Of a DNA stretch of 49,393 nucleotides, positions 1 through 12,194 are shown one piece after another. Position 1 is the stretch's first letter. Every line of letters begins with the position of its first letter. The notes below the pieces were generated by a model that saw nothing but the letters and a program-made list of their open reading frames with translations, had not been told where the DNA came from and made no database searches. Source of the stretch: Octopus bimaculoides (Eukaryota); assembly GCF_001194135.2 (NCBI RefSeq), contig NC_068999.1, forward strand, positions 43,256,822-43,306,214, written 5' to 3'. The translations under genes and the position numbers were made by a program.

Positions 1-46
<46 letters not shown>

Positions 47-291
47 CATGTTTTATTCACACGCACACATGCATGTCTCGATGTAGATATTGTATTCTAT
101 TTTCTTTCCCCTAAACATAAAAAAATTTGGGGTTACAATTCTTTTTTGTCATTTTCTTTCTCACTTCTGTCTGACCTTTCATCTATCAATCAATCAATTA
201 GTTTGTTTATTTGTTTATTCATCAATCTGCATCCTTTTATATCTACTCCATTGTCTTTTCTTCTGTCTGTCTGTCTATCCCGCCTTCTATT

Positions 292-322
<31 letters not shown>

Positions 323-1654
323 CACACATACACACTATCTTATATTGTTTTAATCCCTTTTCGCATATATATTACTGTTCTGGAATGACAATAAGTCTTG
401 TTTTGGTTGTATATTTAGTCAACTAACTCGTGTCTGGATCTGATTAAATTCACCTGGTTTTTCTTAATGTTTCACCTGTTTCTTTATAACCCTAATTAAT
501 ACTCTTAATGAAAACAGGTGCCCAGTAGATTTTATTTTCTTTTCTTTTTCTCCTATGCCAATAATCTTAAGATTATATTAATATTATATATATATATATG
601 TTACATCTCTACAATCTTGTATATATATGTGTGTGTATGTACGTACGTATATATANNNNNNNNNNNNNNNNNNNNNNNNNNNNNNNNNNNNNNNNNNNNN
701 NNNNNNNNNNNNNNNNNNNNNNNNNNNNNNNNNNNNNNNNNNNNNNNNNNNNNNNNNNNNNNNNNNNNNNNNNNNNNNNNNNNNNNNNNNNNNNNNNNNN
801 NNNNNNNNNNNNNNNNNNNNNNNNNNNNNNNNNNNNNNNNNNNNNNNNNNNNNNNNNNNNNNNNNNNNNNNNNNNNNNNNNNNNNNNNNNNNNNNNNNNN
901 NNNNNNNNNNNNNNNNNNNNNNNNNNNNNNNNNNNNNNNNNNNNNNNNNNNNNNNNNNNNNNNNNNNNNGACCGGTTAAAAATAAGAGGCAAGATAGATC
1001 TTTCTTGAAATTATAGCTCTTGTATTAATACATGTCTCAATAAAATGACGATATCGGCACGACAGGAGGGCTTCAGCTAAGAACAGCAACAACGGAATTG
1101 CATCTAAGATATGTAATTATTAACTGTATGAGTAACAGAAATTATAAAACAAATAATTAAACCTAAGTAATAATGATAATAATAATAATAATAATAATAA
1201 TGATAATAAATCTCTGCATGGTTATGTTCGATATAAAATAGCTGCAGATGTTACAACTCCTAATTCGTCGCCTGTTTTTATTTTTATTATTATTATTGGC
1301 ACTTATAATTGTCGATAGTGTATTGTCGTGTTGTCTGGAATTGTCCCCTCCACCAACAGCACCACCACCACCACCATCACCACCACGAGTAATTAAGGTC
1401 AGCTCCAGAAAAAAAAGAAAAATTCAAACCGTTATTATTATTATTAGTATTATTATTGTTATTTATCATTATTATCATTGACACTGATTTAGGAAACAAT
1501 GTCTATATATATGTCACTCCTTCTTGCTTATATTTTATTATGCATCGTGATAAAAATAGGAAATAAGTCGTCACAGCAGACAGATATATATAAAATGCGC
1601 TCCAACCATAATTGTCGCGCATTTTTTTTTTTTAAAATTTAAATAGTGTATGTT

Positions 1655-1739
1655 GACTGCGTTATCCAATGTGTCTCTTCATTAGACAGTAACGTGTATG
1701 GTTTGAGAAGTAGATTTAGCTGTTGTTTCTAGCATGTCA
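1655..1739 (-). mobile_element. Repeat-D fragment (interspersed repeat with (AAC)n tail), degenerate
   Basis: Reverse complement resembles the ctgctagaaatagcagccaaatc...acacattggataa motif seen at 4121 and 5441. Confidence 0.5.
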
Positions 1740-3124
1740 AACGAACGACCACTTTAGCTTGAAGATGTTAGTTGATATCATCTATCTATCTATTTATCTA
1801 TCTGTGTATCGATCGATCTGTCTGTCTCTCTCCCTATCTGTGTCTGTCTATGTACCTATCTAGCTGTCTATCCACACACATATACTTCTACACACGCGCG
1901 CATATATATATATATATATATACATACGTGTGTGTGTGTATGTATATATATATATATATATATANNNNNNNNNNNNNNNNNNNNNNNNNNNNNNNNNNNN
2001 NNNNNNNNNNNNNNNNNNNNNNNNNNNNNNNNNNNNNNNNNNNNNNNNNNNNNNNNNNNNNNNNNNNNNNNNNNNNNNNNNNNNNNNNNNNNNNNNNNNN
2101 NNNNNNNNNNNNNNNNNNNNNNNNNNNNNNNNNNNNNNNNNNNNNNNNNNNNNNNNNNNNNNNNNNNNNNNNNNNNNNNNNNNNNNNNNNNNNNNNNNNN
2201 NNNNNNNNNNNNNNNNNNNNNNNNNNNNNNNNNNNNNNNNNNNNNNNNNNNNNNNNNNNNNNNNNNNNNNNNNNNNNNNNNNNNNNNNNNNNNNNNNNNN
2301 NNNNNNNNNNNNNNNNNNNNNNNNNNNNNNNNNNNNNNNNNNNNNNNNNNNNNNNNNNNNNNNNNNNNNNNNNNNNNNNNNNNNNNNNNNNNNNNNNNNN
2401 NNNNNNNNNNNNNNNNNNNNNNNNNNNNNNNNNNNNNNNNNNNNNNNNNNNNNNNNNNNNNNNNNNNNNNNNNNNNNNNNNNNNNNNNNNNNNNNNNNNN
2501 NNNNNNNNNNNNNNNNNNNNNNNNNNNNNNNNNNNNNNNNNNNNNNNNNNNNNNNNNNNNNNNNNNNNCCTGCTCTTCAGTTTTATACCCTTTTTCTTTT
2601 TTACACAAACCTAGCATCCACCACAATTTAATCTGTAAACCCGATTGTAAAAAGGCTTGCTTGTAATGTAATATAACGGATATTGTTAAGCAGCTGACTG
2701 CTTTGAGTTGGCTAAATTACATGCATAAGATACATGTTAGAATAGAGAGAGAAATACATAACGACGAAGGACCTTAAAACAAAATAAAATAATATATATA
2801 TATATACATATATACACACACACATATATATATATATAGGCTAAACGCGTATGTTGTGTCATTGTATCATATTTTCTTAACTTCCTTCTTCTTCAACTCT
2901 ACATTTCGTCTAATTCTTTCTCTTTCTCGCTCTCGTACCCTTCATTGTTTCATTCTACACTCTCTTTGCCACCCCTCTCACTTTCATTCACACCTATTCT
3001 TCACTTTTTTACTGTTTTTCTTTCTATCTTTCACGCACTCCATTCATTTACCAGTCTATTTGTCTCGCTGCCGTTATCACTTTTATCTCCATAGCTTAGT
3101 CTTAACTTTTCATTTATCGACAAC

Positions 3125-3416
3125 GTTTATCTATCCATCCATCCATCTATCTATCTATCTATCGATCGATCGATCTGTCTATTTATCTGTCATTTTATGT
3201 CTATCTATTTTTTTCTGTCCATCTGTCCTCGATCAGTCGATCTATTTATCTATCTTTTTCTGTTAACCTTTCATGTCATATCTATCTATCTGTCTGTCAC
3301 TTTCTTTCTCCCTTTATCAATTGATCGATTTGTCTGTCTATCTACCGATCAATTAGTCTGTCTGTCTATTAGACAGGGAGACTGTCTGTCTTTTTTTATA
3401 TTTGTCTATCAGTCTG

Positions 3417-3466
<50 letters not shown>
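3125..3466. repeat. Compound (TATC/TCTG)n and (CT)n microsatellite
   Basis: Directly visible tandem repeats; pure (CT)n at about 3419-3466. Confidence 0.9.
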
Positions 3467-3470
<4 letters not shown>

Positions 3471-4004
3471 TTAAAGAAGGCATGTATGTTACCAATTCTC
3501 TCCAGATTTTTTTTGAAGAAGCTTTGTTCCGAAATCAAAAGTCACTGTTAACCACCGGCGTCGAATAACTGTCCCGGTTTCGATTCTAGGTGCAACACTT
3601 TCATTTACATTTAGGCTTCTAATATAACATTAATGTTTGCGAGGAAAGCATGAATGTCTCATAATCTCCGTTACATATTTGGACACTTTGTATCTTTGAT
3701 GGAAATTATTGTTTTACAGTATTTAAGTTTTGTACCTCTGTATTTTGATTTCGAATTTTACCGGGGATTAGGGTATGGAGAGAAGGGGCTTTATTTATTT
3801 ATTTATTTTTTATCTAAGCCCAAATATATTTAGATAGAACATTCGGCCGTCCCCTATTTTCTCCCCTCTTTTACAAATATGTGGTTTTATGCCAACCCTT
3901 TTTACTCAATCTATCCCCTCACCTTTTTTTTTATGTAAACCCCACACAAAATGTGAACTATCTTTGTAAATGTTCCCCTCATCTGATGCCCCCGTGGCAA
4001 ATAA

Positions 4005-4014
4005 ATCATCATCA

Positions 4015-4055
<41 letters not shown>
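4005..4055. repeat. (CAT)n(TAT)n microsatellite
   Basis: Directly visible. Confidence 0.9.
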
Positions 4056-4057
<2 letters not shown>

Positions 4058-4120
4058 TATATCGTTTTTTTTATAATGCTCCTATTTTCAGTTTCTTTTC
4101 GCCGTATGTCCCGTTGTCTT

Positions 4121-4487
4121 GTCTGCTAGAAATAGCAGCAAAATCTCCCTCAGATAACATTAACCGTCTTAAAAAAAAAATAAAAATAAAAATAAAAATC
4201 GCAAAAATCCCTCGATGATCATAGCTGGAACCTCTCGGTCAGAGCTCACCAGAGCTTGACAACAACAATAATTACCATTCGCTTTTCTTTCCACTCATCA
4301 CACTCGCTAGAAGTAACAGTCAAACTTCCCTCAAATCACACTGCACCGTTTTAGGAAAGACACACTGGATAATGTGGTCTTGAGTTGTTCCTATACTAAG
4401 GAAAGATACGGGGTGGTCACGACTGGGATGTCTTTAACCATAAGTCTGCTCGATCAAGGCTAGTTTAAAGCTAAATTAACAACAACC
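4121..4487 (+). mobile_element. Repeat-D, two partial tandem copies ending in an (AAC)n tail
   Basis: ctgctagaaatagcagcaaaatctccctca at 4123 and gctagaagtaacagtcaaacttccctcaaatcacac at about 4306, then ...ctgctcgatcaaggc...gctaaattaacaacaac. Homologous segments occur at 5441 and, reversed, at 23348. Confidence 0.65.
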
Positions 4488-4619
4488 AGATTTAATTCGA
4501 CGACAACCAGCCTCACATTTTTTCTTAATTCTCTCCCTTTTATCCTCTCCTGTTTTCCTTAAATCGAGACTTAACTTATTGTCCGTCACTCAACTCAACT
4601 GAGTCCTACGATCCACTCA

Positions 4620-4644
4620 TTTCTTGGTTGCTTTATTACATTCA

Positions 4645-4679
<35 letters not shown>

Positions 4680-5360
4680 TCTCTTCTCTCACTCAATCCA
4701 GCAATTTACTCTTTCTTGTTTGCATCACTCACGTTTACCAGTCCCCTATGTCTCTCTCTCTCTCTCTCTTTTATCAAACTCTTCACTCACCCAGTCCCAT
4801 ACTTCACTCTTTCCTATTTGCCTTCCTCTCTCTCTCTCTCTTATCAAACTCTCTCCACTCCACTCAATCCATCTCTCGACTCTTTCCTGTTCGCTTTGCT
4901 CAGTTATCCCTTCTCTGTTACGCTCTCTCTCTCTCTCTTTCTATCTCATCAAATCCTCTTCACTCACCTAAATCCAACACTCTACTCTTTCCTACCCGCT
5001 TCACTCATCTTCACCCCCTCTCTATCACTCACTTATTCACTGCAACTATCCCCCCCACTTCCTTCTCTTCTATCAGATCCGGTTTGTCTCACGCTTATCT
5101 TTTGTTTTCCCTCCCTCTAGTCTCCGCTTCCCACTCTCCTCCCTCGTCTCCCCTCCCCCTCTCTTATGCTTTGAGACTCCACTTCCTCCCTCTCTCATTA
5201 TCTTATCATACACACTCAATTACTTCACTCATCCCAGCTGTCCACTTGCCTTGTTATTTAATTCCGGTTTGCCTCATGTTTACACACACAGTCTGCATGC
5301 CTGTCTGTCTATGTGCATGTCTCTCTCTGTCTATCTATCTATCTATCTGTTTCTCTCTCT
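4620..5360. repeat. Polypyrimidine (CT-rich) tract with a degenerate unit (ctctcttatcaaactcttcactcacc...actctttcct) repeated about 3 times
   Basis: The unit recurs at about 4760, 4830 and 4935, with extreme pyrimidine bias on the + strand. Confidence 0.75.
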
Positions 5361-5440
5361 CTCACTCCGTCCTGCACGGCCTTCCCTACAATCAAGTCTA
5401 TCACGCGAACCAGAGATTCTCTCCAACGCGGTCGATCAAC

Positions 5441-5628
5441 CGACCTGCTAGAAACAGCAGTCAGATCTCACCTCACATCACAACCTACTGTCTTACCGAT
5501 ATAATGAAAGTACGCATTATTACATTAAAATATTTGCAGACAACCCATAAAAAAGCGTGGTGGTTCCGGTGCCGGAATGCCATTGATCATAAGTTTACTC
5601 AATTAGGACTAATCAAGGGCTAAACAAA
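5441..5628 (+). mobile_element. Repeat-D copy
   Basis: gacctgctagaaacagcagtcagatctcacctcacatcac ... ggaatgccattgatcataag ... gggctaaacaa. Confidence 0.65.
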
Positions 5629-5744
5629 TACGGTACTTATGTGAAAGTAAGGAAAGAAGAGACAAGACTCTGTGGCTTTCATTCATTACTCTTAATAATT
5701 TTCGGGATTTGACGTACAATATGCTAATATATATTATTATAATT

Positions 5745-5945
5745 ATTGTTAGTGCACCAAACAAAATGCTTGTCGGCATTACTCCTGGCTCTATTCGTTC
5801 TGAGTTCAAATTCCGCATAAGTAAACTTTGCATTTCATCGTTTAGGGGTCGATGGAATAAAGTACCAAAATGAGTCGATGTGACCGACTTACCCCCTCCC
5901 CTAACAATTGCTAGTTTTGTTCCAAAATTAGAAAGAATTATTATT
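5745..5945 (+). mobile_element. SINE-B copy (tRNA-derived head, degenerate)
   Basis: aaatgcttgtcggcatt...gttctgagttcaaattcc (B-box-like) ...ctttgcatttcatcgtttaggggtcgatggaataaagtacc; homologous to 21979 and 46909. Confidence 0.7.
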
Positions 5946-5954
5946 GAAGAATGT

Positions 5955-6094
5955 GCGTCGGAGAAAATGCTTAGCGGCATTTCTTCCGGCTGTACCTTCT
6001 AAGTTCAAATTTGCTGTTCGACTTTACGTTTCATCCATTAGGGGGTCGATAAAAATAAGTACCAACTGAGCGCTGGGGGTTGATGTAATCGACT
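5955..6094 (+). mobile_element. SINE-B copy running into an assembly gap
   Basis: aaatgcttagcggcatt...agttcaaatt...tttcatccattagggggtcgataaaaataagtacc...ctgggggttgatgtaatcgact. Confidence 0.75.
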
Positions 6095-6601
6095 NNNNNN
6101 NNNNNNNNNNNNNNNNNNNNNNNNNNNNNNNNNNNNNNNNNNNNNNNNNNNNNNNNNNNNNNNNNNNNNNNNNNNNNNNNNNNNNNNNNNNNNNNNNNNN
6201 NNNNNNNNNNNNNNNNNNNNNNNNNNNNNNNNNNNNNNNNNNNNNNNNNNNNNNNNNNNNNNNNNNNNNNNNNNNNNNNNNNNNNNNNNNNNNNNNNNNN
6301 NNNNNNNNNNNNNNNNNNNNNNNNNNNNNNNNNNNNNNNNNNNNNNNNNNNNNNNNNNNNNNNNNNNNNNNNNNNNNNNNNNNNNNNNNNNNNNNNNNNN
6401 NNNNNNNNNNNNNNNNNNNNNNNNNNNNNNNNNNNNNNNNNNNNNNNNNNNNNNNNNNNNNNNNNNNNNNNNNNNNNNNNNNNNNNNNNNNNNNNNNNNN
6501 NNNNNNNNNNNNNNNNNNNNNNNNNNNNNNNNNNNNNNNNNNNNNNNNNNNNNNNNNNNNNNNNNNNNNNNNNNNNNNNNNNNNNNNNNNNNNNNNNNNN
6601 N

Positions 6602-6715
6602 CGACTTTGTCTTTCATCCATTCGGAGTCGATAAAATAAGTACCAGTGAAACACTGGGGTCGATATAATCAGCTAATCCCCTTCCTCGAAATTATGACTA
6701 TAGTGTAAACGATTA
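6602..6715 (+). mobile_element. SINE-B 3' portion after a gap
   Basis: cgactttgtctttcatccattcggagtcgataaaataagtaccagtgaaacactggggtcgat. Confidence 0.75.
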
Positions 6716-8174
6716 TTATTACATCAAGTTGCTGGTTTCATTAAATCTTTTAAATTCTCCAGTACACATTTTTGGTAAATATATGAATTCCTCGCACGGG
6801 CCTTCAACTAGCTTCTGTTTAAAGGATTCTTTTAAGAAAAACACAGCCATTAATATTTCGTTTTTTAGAAGAAATAGTAGCCAAATATTTTCGGGAAAGA
6901 TTATAAGAATACAGGATACTGTCTCGGATGGATATATATAGCCCAAGGATGCGTTTAAGTGTCGCTTCAGCCTGAACTGTTAGAAATAAAGCTTGCTCGT
7001 TCAAGACCAACCTGGGGCTGAAGCAACAATACGCGCCAATGGGTTGTATAGGAACCGATGAGAAAACTTTCACGTAGTTTTTCGACCTGTTAGAAATAGA
7101 AGGGAAATGTCCCTCAGATGTCATTCAACTGTTTTGTTTTGTTTTTTTAGTGAGAGGGGGGGGGGAAGATACATTCGTGAACGTAATCCTTCAGGCTGGA
7201 TGGTTATGTCTTAGAATGCCTTTGGTTCGTTTATAGGGCCCCTCNNNNNNNNNNNNNNNNNNNNNNNNNNNNNNNNNNNNNNNNNNNNNNNNNNNNNNNN
7301 NNNNNNNNNNNNNNNNNNNNNNNNNNNNNNNNNNNNNNNNNNNNNNNNNNNNNNNNNNNNNNNNNNNNNNNNNNNNNNNNNNNNNNNNNNNNNNNNNNNN
7401 NNNNNNNNNNNNNNNNNNNNNNNNNNNNNNNNNNNNNNNNNNNNNNNNNNNNNNNNNNNNNNNNNNNNNNNNNNNNNNNNNNNNNNNNNNNNNNNNNNNN
7501 NNNNNNNNNNNNNNNNNNNNNNNNNNNNNNNNNNNNNNNNNNNNNNNNNNNNNNNNNNNNNNNNNNNNNNNNNNNNNNNNNNNNNNNNNNNNNNNNNNNN
7601 NNNNNNNNNNNNNNNNNNNNNNNNNNNNNNNNNNNNNNNNNNNNNNNNNNNNNNNNNNNNNNNNNNNNNNNNNNNNNNNNNNNNNNNNNNNNNNNNNNNN
7701 NNNNNNNNNNNNNNNNNNNNNNNNNNNNNNNNNNNNNNNNNNNNNNNNNNNNNNNNNNNNNNNNNNNNNNNNNNNNNNNNNNNNNNNNNNNNNNNNNNNN
7801 NNNNNNNNNNNNNNNNNNNNNNNNNNNNNNNNNNNNNNNNNNNNNNNNNNNNNNNNNNNNNNNNNNNNNNNNNNNNNNNNNNNNNNNNNNNNNNNNNNNN
7901 NNNNNNNNNNNNNNNNNNNNNNNNNNNNNNNNNNNNNNNNNNNNNNNNNNNNNNNNNNNNNNNNNNNNNNNNNNNNNNNNNNNNNNNNNNNNNNNNNNNN
8001 NNNNNNNNNNNNNNNNNNNNNNNNNNNNNNNNNNNNGGCATTGTTGTGTATGTATGTGAGTCGATCGAGTAATTTCTACCGCCATAGCAACCGGCCAGCC
8101 AGCGAAGCCAGCCACCGAGGCGATCAGCCAACCAGCTGCCGCCATAACAACCTAGGTCAACTGACGTTGCCAAT

Positions 8175-8425
8175 GTAGTCGTGGTGGTGGTGGTGGTCGT
8201 CGTCGTCGTGGTCGTGGTCGCCGTCTTCATCCATCATCATCATCGTCATCATTATCATCAAAACGATCACTACCACCTCTACCACCACCACCGCCATTGT
8301 CGTAACCATCATCATCATCATCATAATCGTAAGCACCACCACCACCACCATCATCATCAACGACCACAAACGCCCTCTATCGTCGTTATCATCATCATCA
8401 TCATCATCATCACCACTATTGTTAT
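8175..8425. repeat. Compound trinucleotide microsatellite (GTG/GTC/CAT/CAC)
   Basis: Directly visible; source of the spurious poly-His, poly-Val and poly-Met ORFs. Confidence 0.85.
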
Positions 8426-8562
8426 TATCACAACTGACAACTCCACCCCCACATTATCAGTCTAACACTCTCCTTCTCTCTCTCTCTCTCACTCTCTTTT
8501 TCCTTATCTCTCTACGTCCCACCACGGTATTTTACGCATATCACAATGTCCATCACCATTAC

Positions 8563-8601
<39 letters not shown>

Positions 8602-8648
8602 CACCGCCCTCACCACACTATAACAGCAACAACAAAAACAACAAACAC

Positions 8649-8686
<38 letters not shown>

Positions 8687-10284
8687 GCAGTAGTAGCATT
8701 AAGGTGTAGTCAATGAATGGGACAAAGATTTTATATGAGATTTAGCTCACCCCCGCGATCTAGNNNNNNNNNNNNNNNNNNNNNNNNNNNNNNNNNNNNN
8801 NNNNNNNNNNNNNNNNNNNNNNNNNNNNNNNNNNNNNNNNNNNNNNNNNNNNNNNNNNNNNNNNNNNNNNNNNNNNNNNNNNNNNNNNNNNNNNNNNNNN
8901 NNNNNNNNNNNNNNNNNNNNNNNNNNNNNNNNNNNNNNNNNNNNNNNNNNNNNNNNNNNNNNNNNNNNNNNNNNNNNNNNNNNNNNNNNNNNNNNNNNNN
9001 NNNNNNNNNNNNNNNNNNNNNNNNNNNNNNNNNNNNNNNNNNNNNNNNNNNNNNNNNNNNNNNNNNNNNNNNNNNNNNNNNNNNNNNNNNNNNNNNNNNN
9101 NNNNNNNNNNNNNNNNNNNNNNNNNNNNNNNNNNNNNNNNNNNNNNNNNNNNNNNNNNNNNNNNNNNNNNNNNNNNNNNNNNNNNNNNNNNNNNNNNNNN
9201 NNNNNNNNNNNNNNNNNNNNNNNNNNNNNNNNNNNNNNNNNNNNNNNNNNNNNNNNNNNNNNNNNNNNNNNNNNNNNNNNNNNNNNNNNNNNNNNNNNNN
9301 NNNNNNNNNNNNNNNNNNNNNNNNNNNNNNNNNNNNNNNNNNNNNNNNNNNNNNNNNNNNNNNNNNNNNNNNNNNNNNNNNNNNNNNNNNNNNNNNNNNN
9401 NNNNNNNNNNNNNNNNNNNNNNNNNNNNNNNNNNNNNNNNNNNNNNNNNNNNNNNNNNNNNNNNNNNNNNNNNNNNNNNNNNNNNNNNNNNNNNNNNNNN
9501 NNNNNNNNNTATATTCAGGTGAATTAAATAGTAAATTAAAGCATAAATTCTATTTTAAAATGATAGAAATAAAAAAAAATTTCAAATTTTTATTTCTTTT
9601 TGTCCGACTACAAACCTCCCTCACATCATTTCAAATAACAGATGTAGATGTGTGTGTTTGTGTGTGTGTTAGCCTTGATTTAATTTTCCCACACACTTCT
9701 ACGTGTATTATATATTAGCAATCGTACTTATCTTCTATATATTTTATACTTATCTGTGTATATATCCGCCTGTGTTTATATATATCACACACACACACAC
9801 ACACACACACAGATAAACCAATTTGTGTCAAGGGGAGAAGTTTATTTCATGAAATACCTGCAGTCATATCGTACACGTGTTTTAAGTTCACCTCAGATAT
9901 TGGAAAATGGTATATAAATGATTATTTTTTTTATCGTGATTAGAACGAACACACACACACACACATACACACACATACACACACATATCTAATATCGCCG
10001 ATTGGAACAGATATATATATAATATATATGAACTGCACGAAAGTGTGTGTGTGTGTGTGTAAATATTTAACATATATATTTATATATATATATATATATA
10101 TATATAGGTGCGTGTAGTTATGTGGAAATTGTATATGCATGTATGTATGTGAATGAACGAATACACATAGTTATATCTGTGTGTTATGTTGTGCTTGTGT
10201 GAATGTATTATAACAATTGCACATATATGCATAATTACGTTGTGCTGTGTATATTCGAGTAAGCGCGCTCACTCACACCCTATA

Positions 10285-10334
<50 letters not shown>

Positions 10335-10778
10335 CGTGTATGTGCTGTAGCGTCAGGTCGTGGNNNNNNNNNNATATATATATATATATATGTATATATA
10401 CGTGTATGTGCTGTAGCGTCAGGTCGTGGAGATTGTCGTTTTCTATAGCCAGGTAAATAGGAGGGAGAGGAAGAAGAAAACTATAAGCAGGTGAGTGAAA
10501 TGATAAAGGTAGATAAACATAGAGAGAGAGGGCGGAGGGAGGGAGAGAGGTTGTGTGCTTATGAGTGCGACCGAGGGAAGAAAAAAAGAGACAGACAGAC
10601 GAGGGAGAAAAGGAAAGACAGAGGTCATGTATTATATGAGACAGAGCTGAGAGCGGGGGAGAAACCGGTTGGGTGACCTTTGCAATGCTAACGACCTCCT
10701 CCCGCCACCACTAAATCCTTGTATTTGCTATGACGTTTCAATGTATGTCAAGTCTCTCTCCCTCTCCACCGCGTTCTT

Positions 10779-10779
<1 letters not shown>

Positions 10780-10814
<35 letters not shown>

Positions 10815-10885
10815 ATACCTGTCTATCTACCTATCTATCTACCTGTCTGTCTCTCTATCTACCTATCTATCTACCTGTCTGTCTC
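10780..10885. repeat. (TATC)n/(TACC)/(TCTG) microsatellite
   Basis: Directly visible. Confidence 0.9.
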
Positions 10886-11031
10886 CTGCTGTTTTATTTC
10901 GCTCTATGCCTCCTGTTGTATTTCATTTCTTTTCTTCTCGGCTCCAAACACCTTTGTCCAACTCAAATCTCACTTTTTAGTTGAAATTACCTGATGTCGA
11001 TCACAAACATTTATTTAAACCTTCCTACATG

Positions 11032-11071
<40 letters not shown>

Positions 11072-11599
11072 TATATATATATATATATATAAGCTTCCTG
11101 TTATTAGTTTTGCTTTGTATTACATTCTTTCTCGACATTGAAATGTCTCTATAATCAGGTAAAAACCACCCACACATCGTTATACTTGGGGGCCAGTAAT
11201 CTTTTGTCAATTAAACACACGCACCCTTTCTTTGATCTTCACTTTAATTTAATTTTCTTTTTTTTTTATTTTTTAGTTTGTCTGTCAAAGTTCTTTCGTC
11301 ACGCATTCTGTAACCTCTTCAACGATTCTGTCCCATGAAGCCTCCTCTTGTCCCGCCTTTTCCATTTTCACACACACTCGTCTATGAAGGTCTGGCTTTC
11401 TGTCAGAATCTTTTCGTAAATTGTTGCTTTTTCCAAGCCTGTTTTTTTTTTCTTCTTAATTTATTTTCCACAAACCTGACATCGGTTTTGTCCTATTCCA
11501 CCCCACCCCCTTGCCCTTGTGGCAAATAGAAATATTTATTACAGAACCATTAGAACATCAAGATTGGGGAGTGCCTTGCAGTGTTAGTATGGAATCTTT

Positions 11600-11905
11600 A
11601 AGTTTTCTGTTCAAATCCCTCTGAGGCTAGCTTTGCTTTTCTTCCCTCCGGGGTCGATAAATTCAAATATAAATCAAGTTATCTCATCGAGGGTATCAAC
11701 TAACGCTTTCCCCTCAAAAATTGCTTGCTTTGTCTTTAGACGTCGCAATGCCTTGTGGTTTACCTTAGGGATTTTTACGTTCGGTGTTCAAATCCCGGTC
11801 GAGGCCAGCGTTATGTTTTATCCTTTCCAGGTCGATGAAATAAGGTTACCCTTCAAGGGCTGGGCCGGCCCTGTGCCAAAAACTGGAAAGAAGTTATTAT
11901 TATTA
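11600..11905 (+). mobile_element. Two old, degenerate SINE-B copies in tandem
   Basis: gttcaaatccc...ctttgcttttcttccctccggggtcgataaa, then gttcaaatcccggtcgagg...tttatcctttccaggtcgatgaaataagg...ggccctgtgccaaaa...ttattattatt. Confidence 0.55.
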
Positions 11906-12162
11906 GCATTTTTACGTCGTTGAAAACTAGGTCTTCGGATTCGTTTGCGCCTGAAACCTTGCAGGAACCATCTGTTTATTTTCTCTGTTTAAAAGTCTGG
12001 ACAATTGTCTCATTCTTCGGTTGTGTTCACCGAGACTATTGGAATATAAAGTTGTGTGTCATTTGTCATATAATATGTGTGTGTGTATGTATGTATATAT
12101 ATGCTTCTGTCTATNNNNNNNNNNNNNNNNNNNNNNNNNNNNNNNNNNNNNNNNNNNNNNNN

Positions 12163-12194
<32 letters not shown>

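Noticed and set aside
1248-1481. ORF resembling a signal peptide plus proline-rich segment
   Set aside because: The Leu, Pro and Ile runs come from (TTA)n and (CCA)n microsatellites; no splice context or recognisable domain.
4748-5623. 291-aa Ser/Leu-rich ORF (also 33327-34055)
   Set aside because: CT-rich DNA lacks stop codons by composition; the 3' end is repeat-D.
8181-8465. Poly-His ORF (also the Thr/Ile-rich ORF at 44441-44743)
   Set aside because: Compound trinucleotide microsatellite; several frames are similarly low-complexity.
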